DNA of 64,000 nt from Heptranchias perlo (lineage: Eukaryota), in contig NW_027139264.1 of the NCBI RefSeq assembly GCF_035084215.1, positions 372,001-436,000 on the forward strand, read 5' to 3'. Shown here in pieces: positions 1 through 13,200 of this stretch. The position numbers were made by a program, and so were the translations under genes. The notes beneath the pieces were generated by a model, which worked only from the letters and a program-made list of their open reading frames with translations, had not been told where the DNA came from and ran no database searches. Numbering within the stretch: position 1 is the stretch's first letter; the number at the start of each line of letters is the position of its first letter.

Positions 1-735
1 TGCCTCTGCATCCTTCCCTGTGCCTCTGGGTCATTCCCCGTGCCTCTGCGTCCTTCCCTGTGCCTCTGGGTCATTCCCCGTGCCTCTGGGTCATTCCCCT
101 TGCCTCTGGGTCCTTCCCTGTGCCTCTGGGTCATTCCCCGTGCCTCTGGATCATTCCCCGTTCCTCTGCATCCTTCCTCATGTCTCTGCATCCTTCCCTG
201 TGCCTCTGGGTCATTCCCTGTGCCTCTGGATCATTCCCTGTGCCTCTGGGTCATTCCCCGTGCCTCTGGGTCCTTCCCCGTGCCTCTGGGTCCTTCCCTG
301 TGCCTCTGGATCATTCCTCGTACCTCTGCATCCTTCCCTGTGCCTCTGGATCCTTCCCCGTGCCTCTGGGTCCTTCCCCGTGCCTCTGGGTCATTCCCCG
401 TGCCTCTGCATCATTCCCCGTGTCTCAGGGTCCTTCCCCGTGCCTCTGGATCATTCCCCGTTCCTCTGCATCCTTCCCTGTGCCTCTGGGTCCTTCCCTG
501 TGTCTCAGGGTCATTCCCTGTGCCTCTGCATCCTTCCCCGTGCCTCTGGGTCATTGCTGTGCCTCAGGGTCCTTTCTTGTGTCTCTGCGTCCTTCCCCAC
601 TTCTCTGGATCCTCCCATGTGACTCTAGGTCATTCCCTGTGACTCGAGGTCATTCCCTGTGCCTCAAGGTCATTCCCTGTGCCTCAAGGTCATTCCCTGT
701 GCCGCAGGGTCCTTCCCCATGTCTCTGCATCCTTC
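1..735. repeat. 20-bp minisatellite (TGCCTCTGGGTCATTCCCYG)n
   Basis: 20-bp periodicity visible from base 1, degenerating towards ~735. Confidence 0.95.
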
Positions 736-739
736 GGGG

Positions 740-1210
740 GAGCGCTGCACTGTCAAAGGGGCAGTACTGAGGGAGTGCGGTACTGTCGGAGGGTCAGTAC
801 TGAGGGAGAGCTGCACTGTCGGAGGGTCAGTACTGAGGGAGAGCTGCACTGTCGGAGGGTCAGTACTGAGGGAGAGCTGCACTGTGGGAGGTGCCATCTT
901 TCAGATGAGATGTTAAGTCAAGGCCCCAACTGCCATCTCAGGTGGAGGTGAAACATCCCATGACATTATTTCGAGGATGAGCAGGAGAGTTATCCCCAGT
1001 GTCCTGGCCAATATTTATCCCTCAATAAACATGAATATAAAAAAAGTGATCTGATCATTATCACATTGCTGGTCGTGGGATCTTGCTGTGCGCAAATTGG
1101 CTGCCGGGTTTTCCACATCACAACAGTGACTACACTTCAAAATAGTTTAATTGGCTGTAAAGTGCTTTGAGACATCCTGAGCTCATGAAAGGTGTTATAT
1201 AAATACACCT
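740..1210 (+). mobile_element. 5'-truncated DeuSINE (SacSINE1-like) with ~4 tandem copies of an internal 33-bp segment
   Basis: GGTGCCATCTTTCAGATGAGATGTTAA...GGCCAATATTTATCCCTC...GTGACTACACTTCAA...TATATAAAT body and tail, same as the full copy at 59262-59706. Confidence 0.85.
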
Positions 1211-1419
1211 CTTCCTTTTCTCTTTCAATAGCACATGCCCACCTTTCACGGTGTTACACTGAGCAAAATCCCCTTCAATTTACCCAATAGCACAATTGGT
1301 AAATGACCTGCCCAATGTGGAACAAAGACGGACAGACCAGAGGGTCCCAGATTTAACCCCTGGCCTCTGCTGAGTGGGAGGATTTCAATTGGAGAGACTG
1401 CCCTTTCCCCATAGCCCTG

Positions 1420-2905
1420 ACTCAATTCCAAACTAATCCCACTGCCCCACTCTCTCCCCATAGCCGTGTATCAATCCCAAACTAATCCCACTGCCCCACT
1501 CTCTCCCCATAGCCCTGTATCAATCCCAAACTAATCCCACTGCCCCACTCTCTCCCCATAGCCGTGTATCAATCCCAAACTAATCCCACTGCCCCACTCT
1601 CTCCCCATAGCCCTGTATCAATCCCAAACTAATCCCACTGCCCCACTCTCTCCCCATAGCCGTGTAACAATCCCAAACTAATCCCACTGCCCCGCGCCCT
1701 CCCCATAGCCCTGTATCAATCCCAAACTAATCCCACTGCCCCACTCTCTCCCCATCGCCCTGTATCAATCCCAAACTAATCCCACTGCCCCACTCTCTCC
1801 CCATAGCCCTGTATCAATCCCAAACTAATCCCACTGCCCCACTCTCTCCCCATCGCCCTTTATCAATCCCAAACTAATCCCACTGTCCCGCTCTCTCCAC
1901 ACAGCCCTGTATCAATCCCAAACTAATCCCACTGCCTCACTCTCTCCCCATAGCCCTGTATCAATCCCAAACTAATCCCACTGCCCTACTCTCTCCCCAT
2001 AGCCCTGCATCAATCCCAAACTAATCCCACTGCCCTACTCTCTCCCCATAGCCCTGCATTAATCCCAAACTAATCCCACTGCCTCACTCTCTCCCCATCG
2101 CCCTGTATCAATGCAAAACTAATCCCACTGCCCCACTCTCTCACCATAGCCCTGTGTCAATCCCAAACTAATCCCACTGTCCCACTCTCTCCCCATAGCC
2201 CTGTATCATTCCCAAACTAATCCCACTGCCCCACACTCTCCCCATTGCCCTGTATCAATCCAAAACTAATCCCACTGTCCCACTCTCTCCCCATAGCCCT
2301 TTATCAATCCCAAACTAATCCCACTGTCCCGCTCTCTCCACATAGCCCTGTATCAATCCCAAACTAATCCCACTGCCTCACTCTCTCCCCATAGCCCTGT
2401 ATCAATCCCAAACTAATCCCACTGCCCCAATCTCACCATAGCCCTGTATCATTCCCAAACTAATCCCACTGCCCCACTCTCTCCCCATCGCCCTGTATCA
2501 ATCCAAAACTAATCCCACTGTCCCACTCTCTCCCCATAGCCCTGTATCAATCCCAAACTAATCCCACTGTCCCACTCTCTCCCCATAGCCCCGTATCAAT
2601 CCCAAACTAATCCACTGTCCCGCTCTCTCCCCATAGAGCCTGTATCAATCCCAAACTAATGCCACTGTCCCACTCTCTCCCCTTAGCCCTGTATCAATCC
2701 CAATCTAATCCCACTGTCCCACTCTCTCCCCATAGCCCTGTATCAATCCCAAACTAATCCCACTGCCCCACTCTCTCCCCATAGCCCTGTATCAATCCCA
2801 AACTAATCCCACTGCCCCACTCTCTCCCCATAGCCCTGTATCAATCCCAAACTAATCCCACTGCCCCACTCTCTCCCCACAGTCCTGTATCAATCCCAAA
2901 CTAAC
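1420..2905. repeat. 49-bp minisatellite (ATCAATCCCAAACTAATCCCACTGCCCCACTCTCTCCCCATAGCCCTGT)n, ~30 copies
   Basis: Period 49 (1441 vs 1490). Same family as 50330-51896. Confidence 0.95.
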
Positions 2906-3120
2906 CTCACTGCCCTGTATCTCCCTGAGCTTCGAATGTTTAGCCACCCTTCCCTTAAAACATACAATGGTCTCTGTCTCAACCACTCCCTGTGGCCAAA
3001 CATTGCAATGTGCAACCATCATCTGTGTAAAGAAATGGCCAATAGTTTCCCCTCCTTGGCATTGCACTGTTATTTTACAGTGTGTAATTCTGCAGCCTCT
3101 ATCCCTGATATCAGATGGTT
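2905..3120 (-). mobile_element. CR1 LINE ORF2 C-terminal fragment
   Basis: ORF 2852..3157 reads HFFTQMMVAHCNVWPQGVVETETIVCFKG, matching the CR1 C-terminus seen at ~53480-53570. Confidence 0.75.
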
Positions 3121-3494
3121 CGTGTGTTGATTTAATCTGCTGACTACAGAATTGCACTTTAAACTCTGTAACTAGTCAGGAACTGCCCTGTTTCTGAGAT
3201 TAATGAATGGTAACTAGTTGTATTCTGCTTATTATTTGTAATGGAGCCAGTTAGGCATGTTTCAATCCATTTTAAATTGTTCATTACCCTATCAGACATG
3301 TACTGTACCAGTGTGCAGCTTAATGAAGCACCTAATGAAATCATTAGGAAATAATTATTGATCAACATCATTTTAAAATTCAATAGAGAGGGCGACAGAA
3401 GGAGGCACGAATGTCGGGATTGGGACTGGAGCAGCAGCCGTCTCACTCACTCTTCTTGGCATCATCGTCGGAATTGGCTTCTGGAGCAAGAGGC

Positions 3495-3745
3495 AAAACA
3501 GGAGAGACCAGCAGAGCCCATCAGAGACCAGCAAAGCCCATCAGAGACCAGTAGAAACTGGCAGAGTCCTGCCGTGATGAGCAGAGACCGGCAGAGTCCT
3601 GCAGTGACCGGCAGAGACCAGTAAGACCAGCAGAGTTCTGCAGTGACCAGCAGAGAATATCAGAGACCAGAAGGGACTGGCAGAGACCAGCAGAAAGCGA
3701 CAGAGTCCAGCAGAGACAGACAATGTCAGAGACGAGCAGAGAACA
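3495..3745. repeat. degenerate CAGAGACCAGCAG-type tandem repeat
   Basis: Recurring CAGAGACC/CAGAGTCC motifs. Confidence 0.7.
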
Positions 3746-3909
3746 GCAGGTTCCTCACCTGCTGACCAACAAGATCCATTTTCAGTAGTTAATTCCACGA
3801 ACGATATATTTTCTTCCATTCTCCTCCCATATTCTCCTGAAGTTGCAAACTCTTAAATGGTGTACGTGCCAGGACCACCCAGAATATCACCCGTGCTCCA
3901 TCTTCAGAT

Positions 3910-4502
3910 GTTTGATGGGACAGTGTAGAGGGAGCTTTACTCTGTATCTAATCCATGCTGCACCTGCCCTGGGAGTGTTTGATGGGACAGTGTAGAGGGA
4001 GATTTACTCTGCATCTAACCCGTGCTGTACCTGCCCTGGGAGTGTTTGATGGGACAGTGTAGAGGAAGCTTTACTCTGTATCTAACCCATGCTGTATCTG
4101 CCCTGGGAGTGTTTGATGGGACAGTGTAGAGGGAGCTTTACTCTGTATCTAACCCGTGCTGTACCTGCCCTGGGAGTGTTTGATGGGACAGTGTAGAGGG
4201 AGCTTTACTCTGTATCTAACCTATGCTGTACCTGCCCTGGGAGTGTTTGATGGGACAGTGTAGAGGGAGATTTACTCTGTATCTAACCCATGCTGTACCT
4301 GCCCTGGGAGTGTTTGATGGGACAGTGTAGAGGGAGCTTTACTCTGTATCTAACCCGTGCTGTACCTGCCCTGGGAGTGTTTGATGGGACAGTGTAGAGG
4401 GAGCTTTACCCTGTATCTAACCCATGCTGTACCTGCCCTGGGAGTGTTTGATGGGACAGTGTAGAGGGAGATTCACTCTATCTAGCCCATGGTGTACCTG
4501 GC
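3910..4502. repeat. 67-bp minisatellite (GTTTGATGGGACAGTGTAGAGGGAGCTTTACTCTGTATCTAACCCGTGCTGTACCTGCCCTGGGAGT)n, ~9 copies
   Basis: Period 67 (3910 vs 3977). Confidence 0.95.
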
Positions 4503-4726
4503 CATACCCATGTTTATACCAGCTGTGGTTTGTCCTATACAGCAAAAGTTCCCACAACCCACACCCACACACCAGAGGCAAGTATTCTGCTAGATGTCAA
4601 CCCAGAATTCAGGGTGAGTCTCCACTCGCTGGGACTGGGGCTCAAACCCTGCCCTTTCTGACTCAGGGGCAAGAATTCTACAGTTAAGCCAAAGGTTCGC
4701 TCCCACCGAGAGGGGACAATTGGATT

Positions 4727-6010
4727 GAAAGAAAGTACTTGCATTTATATAGCGCCTTTCACGACCATAGGTCGTCCCAAACCTTTACAGCCAATGAAGT
4801 ACTTTTGAAGTGTTGTCACTGTTGTCATGTAGTAAACATGGCAGCCGATTTACACTCAGCAAGATCCCACAAACAGCAACGTGATAATGAGCAGATCATC
4901 TGTTTTTCAGTGATGTTGGTTGAGGGATAAATATTGGCCAGGACACCAGGGAGAACTCCCCTGCTCTTCTTCGAAATAGTGCTATGGGATCTTTTACGTC
5001 TGCCAGAGAGGTTAGACAGGGCCTCGGTTTAACATCTCATCCGAAAGATGGCACCCCGTCAGTGCAGCACTCCCTCAGTACTGTCCCTCAGATAGTACAG
5101 CACTCCCTCAGTACTGACCCTCTGACAGTGCAGCACTCCCTCAGTACTGCCCCTCCGACAGTGCAGCGCTCCCTCAGTACTGACCCTCCGACAGTGCAGC
5201 GCTCCCTCAGTACTGACCGTCCGACAGTGCAGCACTCTCTCAGTACTGACCGTCCGACAGTGCAGCACTCTCTCAGTACTGCCCTCCGACTGTGCAGCAC
5301 TCCCTCAGTACTGCCCTCCGACTGTGCAGCACTCTCTCAGTACTGCCCCTCCGACTGTGCAGCACTCTCTCAGTACTGCCCCTCCGACAATGCAGCGCTC
5401 CCTCAGTCCTGACCGTCCGACAGTGCAGCACTCTCTCAGTACTGCCCCTCTGACTGTGCAGCACTCCCTCAGTACTGTCCCTCCGACAGCGCAGCGCTCC
5501 CTCAGTACTGCCTCTCTGACAGCGCAGTGCTCCCTCAGTACTGCCCTCCGACTGTGCAGCACTCCCTCAGTACTGCCCCTCCGACAGTGCAGCACTCCCT
5601 CAGTACTGTCCCTCCGACAGCGCAGCGCTCCCTCAGTACTGCCTCTCTGACAGCGCAGTGCTCCCTCAGTACTGCCCTCCGACTGTGCAGCACTCCCTCA
5701 GTACTGCCCCTCCGACAGTGCAGCACTCCCTCAGTACTGCCCCTCCGACAGCGCATCACTCCCTCAGTACTGCCCCTCCGACAGCGCAGCGCTCCCTCAG
5801 TACTGCCCCTCTGACAGTGCAGCACTCCCTCAGTACTGCCCCTCCGACTGTGCAGCACTCCCTCAGTACTGTCCCTCCGACAGTGCAGAGCTCCCTCACT
5901 ACTGCACTCGGTGTGTCAGGCTAGATTTTGTGCTCAAGTCTCTGAAGTGGGACTTGATCCCATGACCTTGTGACTGAGAGAGGAGAGTGCTACCCACTGA
6001 GCCATAGCTG
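4727..6010 (-). mobile_element. full-length DeuSINE (SacSINE1-like) with ~850-bp internal 33-bp tandem expansion
   Basis: tRNA-like head on the minus strand at ~6010-5940 (TGGCTCAGTGG A-box, GGATCAAGTCCC B-box). Deu-type body and ...GCGCTATATAAATGCAAGT tail at 4730-5060. Array at 5060-5905. Confidence 0.9.
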
Positions 6011-6932
6011 ACACCGTTGGGTGGTGGTCGAGTCCCCACCACTTATAATAGACGGGTTTGTGCGAGGGGGATTCACCTGCTATTCGCGGTGGACGATGTG
6101 ACCTGATGGCCGAGCCCCTGGAGGTGGTGGGAAGCATGGCGAGGGTTTGTGCTGTATCCTCACACTGATCAGGGTCAGGCCTCTTGAAACCTGTTGGTAT
6201 TTTCGAGATATATTTTGTAAACTCACTTCACTCAAGTTTAGATTTAAACACTGGCGACAGCATCAATTGTTGGTTTGTGATTGGCCGTTGCCATGCTGTG
6301 AGTGTGACCCTTTACTCTACTCTCGCCATTGCAGCCGGGGTGGGTTTCCTGGTGAAGTTTCGAAAGTAGCCGATTGATGTAAGATTCATTACTCGTGATG
6401 AGAGTTTACTCTGCGTATCTACTGCTCCGAGTGGGGACACGGGGAGCGTTCTGCTAAAGAGGTTCTGGAGTTCGGGCTGAAACACGCAGCGGTCCTGGCC
6501 AGTTTCACCTCCGGCCCACTCCACCACCACAGCAGGTCAATATTTGTGAGAAGTAATCGCAGGAGTTATAGCGGCCATGGAGGGGGGCGGGATGGGGGGG
6601 TGACAGATGGCAGCGGGGGCTGCCTGGAAGGACATAATGACAGGTGATCGCCCTTTACAGATGTGCGAACAGCTGTTTGAACTGCCCGAAATGGTCGGCC
6701 TACTTAATACGGTTTAAGTGGGCAACATATAATTGATGCTTATGGTGATGGGAGATGGTTACAGAGGCCGAGTGTGAAAAGACTTAACGATAACCCCATA
6801 CTGGATATCACCTCGTGTACAGTTAACTTTCTGGAAGTGCGAGCTGATAACGGGCACGGAGAGGGCAACGGGGAATCTGGGACCTCAGTGACCGTCGAGA
6901 CCAAAAGTCCATCACCTTAACCATTGAGATTT

Positions 6933-7060
6933 AAGAACATAACATAAGAACATAAGAAATAGGAGCAGGAGTAGGCCAATTGGCCCCTCGAGCCTGCTCC
7001 GCCATTCAATAAGATCATGGCTGATCTGATCCTAACCTCAAATCTAAATTCATGTCCAAT
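6933..7060 (-). mobile_element. CR1 LINE 3' terminus
   Basis: (AAGAACAT)n tail followed by GGAGCAGGAGTAGGCC...CCCCTCGAGCCTGCTCCGCCATTCAAT. Homologous to the plus-strand end at ~63740-63810. Confidence 0.8.
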
Positions 7061-7597
7061 TTGGATTGAGAAAGAATCAGAGGAACGACAGAGAAGGAGG
7101 GTGAATTAGTGTCAAATCAGGTACTGAAAGAGAAATAAAGTGGGAAGAAAAGATTGGATTAAAAAGAGACAGAAAGGAAAAGTAAGGTAAAAAAAGTAAA
7201 ATTTTAAATTTTAAAAATCTCGAAGAAGAATTTACTACCTGCCGGGTGAGATTCACTTGTTTAAATCGTCCCCTTTCTGGGCTGGAGAGATTGATTAGCA
7301 TTAACAATTATCACATTGTTAAGAGGGTATTTACGATGTTAAGTTCCAGCCCTGACTTTGAGGCGAGTTTAACGGGCGATTAATGTGCAAATCCAGCAAG
7401 TTCTTAAAAATAACGGAGGTTGAGGTCGTGAGAAGCAAATGGTGGAACGGCGTAAATCGACCAGCAAATTCCGGAGATTTGCATCTCACGGTGTGTCTCT
7501 TAATCCCCTGACCTTGCTGGCCGATTTGTGCATTAATAACGACGTGTGTCGTGAGCCCCCCGTTACCTCTCCAGGAGAATTCGGCCCCGTTAACTCA

Positions 7598-8136
7598 TTA
7601 CAGTTTCAAATGACGCCGTTTAAAAGACGTTCCGTGTTTCTCCTACTTTTGTTCAACCAAGGATTAAAGAAAGGGAACAGTTTGTCTTTGAACGTGTGAG
7701 TGAAAAAGTGCAGAGATGGAACATGTCATCAGCATTGTAAAAGGACACCTGTCCTCCCTCATAGACCCTGATCTTCCTGGGCTTGGTTGTTAGTTTGAGG
7801 ACAGTGGAGGGTGAGGTCAGAGCCCCTTAGATGTGCTCGTACCTCTGACAGATGGTCCACTACCCAATCGAGGGTCAGCGTGATCTGCCCCTTCCTGTTG
7901 GCCGTCTCCTGGGCCAGTCCCAAGTCCCAGTCGGTCTTGTTGGCCGCCTCCATCTCCCAGTAGTGATTCCCTGAGGTGAATCCCTGGCTGCTCAGAACGC
8001 AGGTGCACTGCTCATACCCCTGGCAGACGTTGTTTAGGTTATTGGCTCAGATCATTGGCGTCCACCATGGTCAGGTCCTCAGGTACTACAAGCCTGGACT
8101 GCCCGGTTCTGGGATCGAGAGTGATCAGAGCCAGCA
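7598..8136 (-). pseudogene. B30.2 (PRY/SPRY) terminal exon, disrupted
   Basis: AG acceptor at 8138-8137. Reads LITLDPRT..LVVPEDLT / CTCVLSSQGFTSGNHYWEMEAANKTDWDLGLAQETANRKG / [20 protein letters not shown] / [14 protein letters not shown]...RHLKL*. Several frameshifts, two in-frame stops and loss of 'LDY'. Paralogous to 36799-37343. Confidence 0.92.
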
Positions 8137-8930
8137 CTTTTAATAATAGACAGGGAGAACGTTATAAACATTCGACAATTATAACTGGAACATGAAAATA
8201 CTGAAATCCAAGGTGATATATCGAGAAGGTGTTATCGGCTTTGCATACAGTACACAATTCCTTCTGGGGACACGTTCCCCCCTCATATCTTGCCGATAAC
8301 ACCCCTCTTTACGAAACAGTATATCCTCTGACTCGCCCCCTCCACAATCCCGCAGGGGAATCGTTCACCTTTATCAACATTTCCCCTTCTCTCGACACAG
8401 GGGTATTGATACCTTGCTCTGATCTGATTCCAATAGAGCCCGAGTACCTTCAGTATCTTTCCCACACGGCCGACCTTCATATATCAGCCTGCACGGGGAC
8501 TGCTGGCAAGCTATTATTCGACTGTGGAAGGCATCACAGCTCAGCCTGACCCGGGCCCCACCGGATTCCCACACGGGCGAGGGATCAGGACCAGGAACCA
8601 TAGCTCAGAGTCTGACTCACCCCCAGCCCAGGGAGAGCCGAGAATGATTGGTGCTCAGGTCAGCTAACTTGGCCCAGGCGAGAAATGCCACAGGAGATAG
8701 AGGATCCATAAAGAAAATCACATCAATTGGGGAATATTTTCCTCTGTGTGTAAAGTTACAGAAAGATTCTTCTATTACTAAACTGGGGAGGTTTAGAAGA
8801 AAATCTGTCTTTCACCTGAGTTCAAATACAACCCAGATGAAAGGTCGATAAAGGTTTCATGTGAGGAGAGTTTAGGGCCGTCTCAAGCAATTCTTGTTAT
8901 TTGTGGGTCCATAGGGGATAGGAATTAATT

Positions 8931-9495
8931 GGGGAGTGGGCCTCAGTCAGGTCAGAGTGGGGAGTGGGATTCAGTCGGGTCAGAGTGGGGAGTGGGATTC
9001 AGTCGGGTCTGAGTGGGGAGTGGGATTCAGTCGGGTCTGAGTGGGGAGTGGGCCTCAGTCGGGTTAGAGTGGGGAGTGGGCCTCAGTCGGGTTAGAGTGG
9101 GGAGTGGGATTCAGTCGGGTCAGAGTGGGGAGTGGGGCTCAGTCGGGTCAGAGTGGGGAGTGGGGCTCTGTCGGGTCAGAGTGGGGAGTGGGACTCAGTC
9201 GGGTCAGAGTGGGGAGTGGGACTCAGTCGGGTCAGAGTGGGGAGTGGGATTCAGTCGGGTCAGAGTGGGGAGTGGGGCTCTGTCGGGTCAGAGTGGGGAG
9301 TGGGGCTCTGTCGGGTCAGAGTGGGGAGTGGGGCTCTGTCGGGTCAGAGTGGGGAGTGGGGCTCAGTCGGGTCAGAGTGGGGAGTGGGATTCAGTCGGGT
9401 CAGAGTGGGGAGTGGGGCTCAGTCGGGTCAGAGTGGGGAGTGGGGCTCAGTCGGGTCAGAGTGGGGAGTGGGACTCAGTCGGGTCAGAGTGGGAG
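8931..9495. repeat. 28-bp G-rich minisatellite (GGGGAGTGGGRYTCAGTCGGGTCAGAGT)n, ~20 copies
   Basis: Period 28 (8931 vs 8959). Confidence 0.95.
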
Positions 9496-9909
9496 ACTTG
9501 TTTTTATGTTCACTGTAATGACCTCACGTATTAGATACACATTGAATGAATGATTTCACTTCATCCTTAAAGGAGATCATGTCCGGCTTTATAATAAAAA
9601 TACAAATGAGTCTCCGTGTGCAGAGTTTATCGAAGTTTGATCCTTGTGCATGTCTCTCCAGTTGGTTGCGGCATTGAAGGGGGGTGGGGGCGGTGGTATT
9701 TTCGGAGTCCCTGCTCCAGCGATGGGACCTCACCCCCAGAGGGCAGTTTATCAGTAAATAGTCGGCCCACTGCCCGTGATTTTCCATTCATTAATGGCAA
9801 TGGACCAAGAATTGTGGACACCTCCAATGATCCACACACTGTGTGCAAGGCTCTGCCAGTGGCCCAGGGCCCCGATAATCTCAGCTCAACAGGTCTACGT
9901 TCCTTCAGA

Positions 9910-10040
9910 GCGTTGGGTAGCTCAGCTGGTCGAGAGCTGGACGAAGGGGTTAAGGGTCCCAGGTTTGAATCCCAACAACGTCCACTCAGCCTTTCAACTG
10001 CCTGAGGTTCATGAAGTGAATACCATATTGCAGGGCGTAG
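9910..10040 (+). mobile_element. decayed tRNA-derived SINE
   Basis: TAGCTCAGCTGG A-box and GGTTTGAATCCC B-box, followed by a non-tRNA body (GTCCACTCAGCCTTTCAA...). Confidence 0.55.
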
Positions 10041-10256
10041 GGAGAAATCCAGAGACTGCTCGCAGTCCTTCCCATTGCTAATGGGGCTGCCCCAGACGGC
10101 CCTGACTCCTCAGTAATAGGTATGGGGATGACCAGCTGATTAAAACAGACCAAGGATGGAACCTGCAATCTTCCTCTGGGGCTCAACCACCTATTTCATA
10201 AACTCACTGTGTCATCAGAACAGCTGCAGACAACAGAGATAACATCAAACCTCACA

Positions 10257-13200
10257 TGGTAAATCTATCGGTGTTCACCGAGAGAGGGGATTAGGGTAAA
10301 TCTATCGGTGTTCACCGAGAGAGGGGATCAGGGTAAATCTATCGGTGTTCACCGAGAGAGGGGATTAGGGTAAATCTATCGGTGTTCACCGAGAGAGGGG
10401 ATTAGGGTAAATCTATCAGTGTTTACCGAGAGAGGGGATTAGGGTAAATCTATCGGTGTTTACCGAGAGAGGGGATTAGGGTAAATCTATCGGTGTTCAC
10501 CGAGAGAGGGGATTAGGGTAAATCTATCGGTGTTCACGGAGAGAGGGGATTGGGGTAAATCTATCGGTGTTTACCGAGAGAGGGGATTAGGGTAAATCTT
10601 TCGGTGTTCACCGAGAGAGGGGATTGGGGTAAATCTATCGGTGTTCACCGAGAGAGGGGATCAGGGTAAATCTATCGGTGTTTACTGAGAGAGGGGATTA
10701 GGGTAAATCTATCGGTGTTTACCGAGAGAGGGGATTAGGGTAACTCTATCGGTGTTCACCGAGAGAGGGGATTAGGGTAAATCTATCGGTGTTCACCGAG
10801 AGAGGGGATTAGGGTAAATCTATCGGTGTTCACCGAGAGAGGGGATTAGGGTAAATCTATCGGTGTTCACCGAGAGAGGGGATTAGGGTCAATCTATCGG
10901 TGTTCACCGAGAGAGGGGATTAGGGTAAATCTATTGGTGTTTACCAGGAGAGAGGGGATTAGTGTAAATCTATCGGTGTTCACCGAGAGAGGGGATTAGG
11001 GTAAATCTATCGGTGTTCACCGAGAGAGGGGATTAGGGTAAATCTATCGGTGTTCACCGAGAGAGGGGATTAGGGTAAATCTATCGGTGTTCAGCGAGAG
11101 AGGGGATTAGGGTAAATCTATCGGTGTTTAACAGGAGAGAGGGGATTAGGGTAAATCTATCGGTGTTCAGCGAGAGAGGGGATTAGGGTAAATCTATTGG
11201 TGTTTACCGAGAGAGTGGATTAGGGTAAATCTATCGGTGTTTACCAGGAGAGGGGATTAGGGTAAATCTATCGGTGTTCATCGAGAGAGGGGATTAGGGT
11301 AAATCTATCGGTGTTCAGCGAGAGAGGGGATTAGGGTAAATCTATTGGCGTTTACCGAGAGAGGGGATTAGGGTAAATCTAATGGTGTTCACCGAGAGAG
11401 TGGATTAGGGTAAATCTATCGGTGTTTACCAGGAGAGGGGATTAGGGTAAATCTATCGGTGTTCACCAGGAGAGAGGGGATTGGGGTAAATCTATCGGTG
11501 TTCACCAGGAGAGAGGGTATTAGGGTAAATCAATCGGTGTTTACTGAGAGAGGGGATTAGGGTAAATCTATCGGTGTTCACCGAGAGAGGGGATTAGGGT
11601 AAATCTATCGGTGTTCACCGAGAGAGGGGATTAGGGTAAATCTATCGGTGTTTACCGAGAGAGGGGATTAGGGTAAATCTATCGGTGTTCACCAGGAGAG
11701 AGGGGATTAGGGTAAATCTATCGGTATTTACCGAGAGAGGGGATTAGTGTAAATCTATCGGTGTTTACCGAGAGAGGGGATTAGAATCTATCGGTGTTTA
11801 CCGAGAGAGGGGATTAGGGTAAATCTATCGGTGTTTACCGAGAGAGGGGATTAGGGTAAATCTATCGGTGTTTACCAGGAGAGAGGGGATTAGGGTAAAT
11901 CTATCGGTGTTTACCGAGAGAGGGGATTGGGGTAAATCTATCGGTGTTTACCGAGAGAGGGGATTAGAATCTATCGGTGTTTACCGAGAGAGGGGATTAG
12001 GGTAAATCTATCGGTGTTTACCGAGCGAGGGGATTAGAATCTATCGGTGTTTACCGAGAGAGGGGATTAGGGTAAATCTATCGGTGTTTACCGAGAGAGG
12101 GGATTAGGGTAAATTATCGGTGTTTACCAGGAGAGAGGGGATTAGGGTAAATCTATTGGTGTTTACCGAGAGAGGGGATTGGGGTTAATCTATCGGTGTT
12201 TACCAGGAGAGAGGGGATGAGGGTAAATCTATCGGTGTTTACCGAGAGAGGGGATTAGGGTAAATCTATCGGTGTTTACCGAGAGAGGGGATTAGGGTAA
12301 ATCTATCAGTGTTCACCGAGAGAGGGGGTTAGGGTAAATCTATCGGTGTTTACCGAGAGAGAGGATTAGGGTAAATCTATCGGTGTTTACTGAGAGAGGG
12401 GATGAGGGTAAATCTATCGGTGTTCACCGAGAGAGGGGATTAGGGTAAATCTATCGGTGTTTACCGAGAGAGGGGATTGGGGTAAATCTATCGGTGTTCA
12501 CCGAGAGAGGGGATTGGGGTAAATCTATCGGTGTTTACCGAGAGAGGGGATTAGGGTAAATCTATCGGTGTTTACCGAGAGAGGGGATTGGGGTAAATCT
12601 ATCGGTGTTTACCGAGAGAGGGGATTAGGGTAAATCTATCGGTGTTTACCGAGAGAGGGGATTAGGGTAAATCTATCGGTGTTTACCAGGAGAGGGGATT
12701 AGGGTAAATCTATCGGTGTTTACCGAGAGAGGGGATTAGGGTAAATCTATCGGTGTTTACCAGGAGAGGGGATTAGGGTAAATCTATCGGTGTTTACCGA
12801 GAGAGGGGATTAGGATAAATCTATCGGTGTTTACCAGGAGAGAGGGGATTAGGGTAAATCTATCGGTGTTCACCGAGAGAGGGGATTCGGGTAAATCTGT
12901 CGGTGTTTACCGAGAGAGGGGATTACGGTAAATCTATCGGTGTTCACCGAGAGAGGGGATTAGGGTAAATCTATCGGTGTTCACCAGGAGAGAGGGGATT
13001 AGGGTAAATCTATCGGTGTTTACCGAGAGAGGGGATTGGGGTAAATCTATCGGTGTTTACCGAGAGAGGGGATTGGGGTAAATCTATCGGTGTTTACCAG
13101 GAGAGAGGGGATTAGGGTAAATCTATCGGTGTTTACCGAGAGAGGGGATTCGGTTAAATCTATCGGTGTTTACCGAGAGAGGGGATTAGGGTAAATCTAT

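Noticed and set aside
20-950. Cys/Pro-rich ORFs
   Set aside because: Translations of the 20-bp and 33-bp tandem repeats.
9013-9553. Gly/Ser-rich ORFs in three frames
   Set aside because: Translation of the 28-bp minisatellite.
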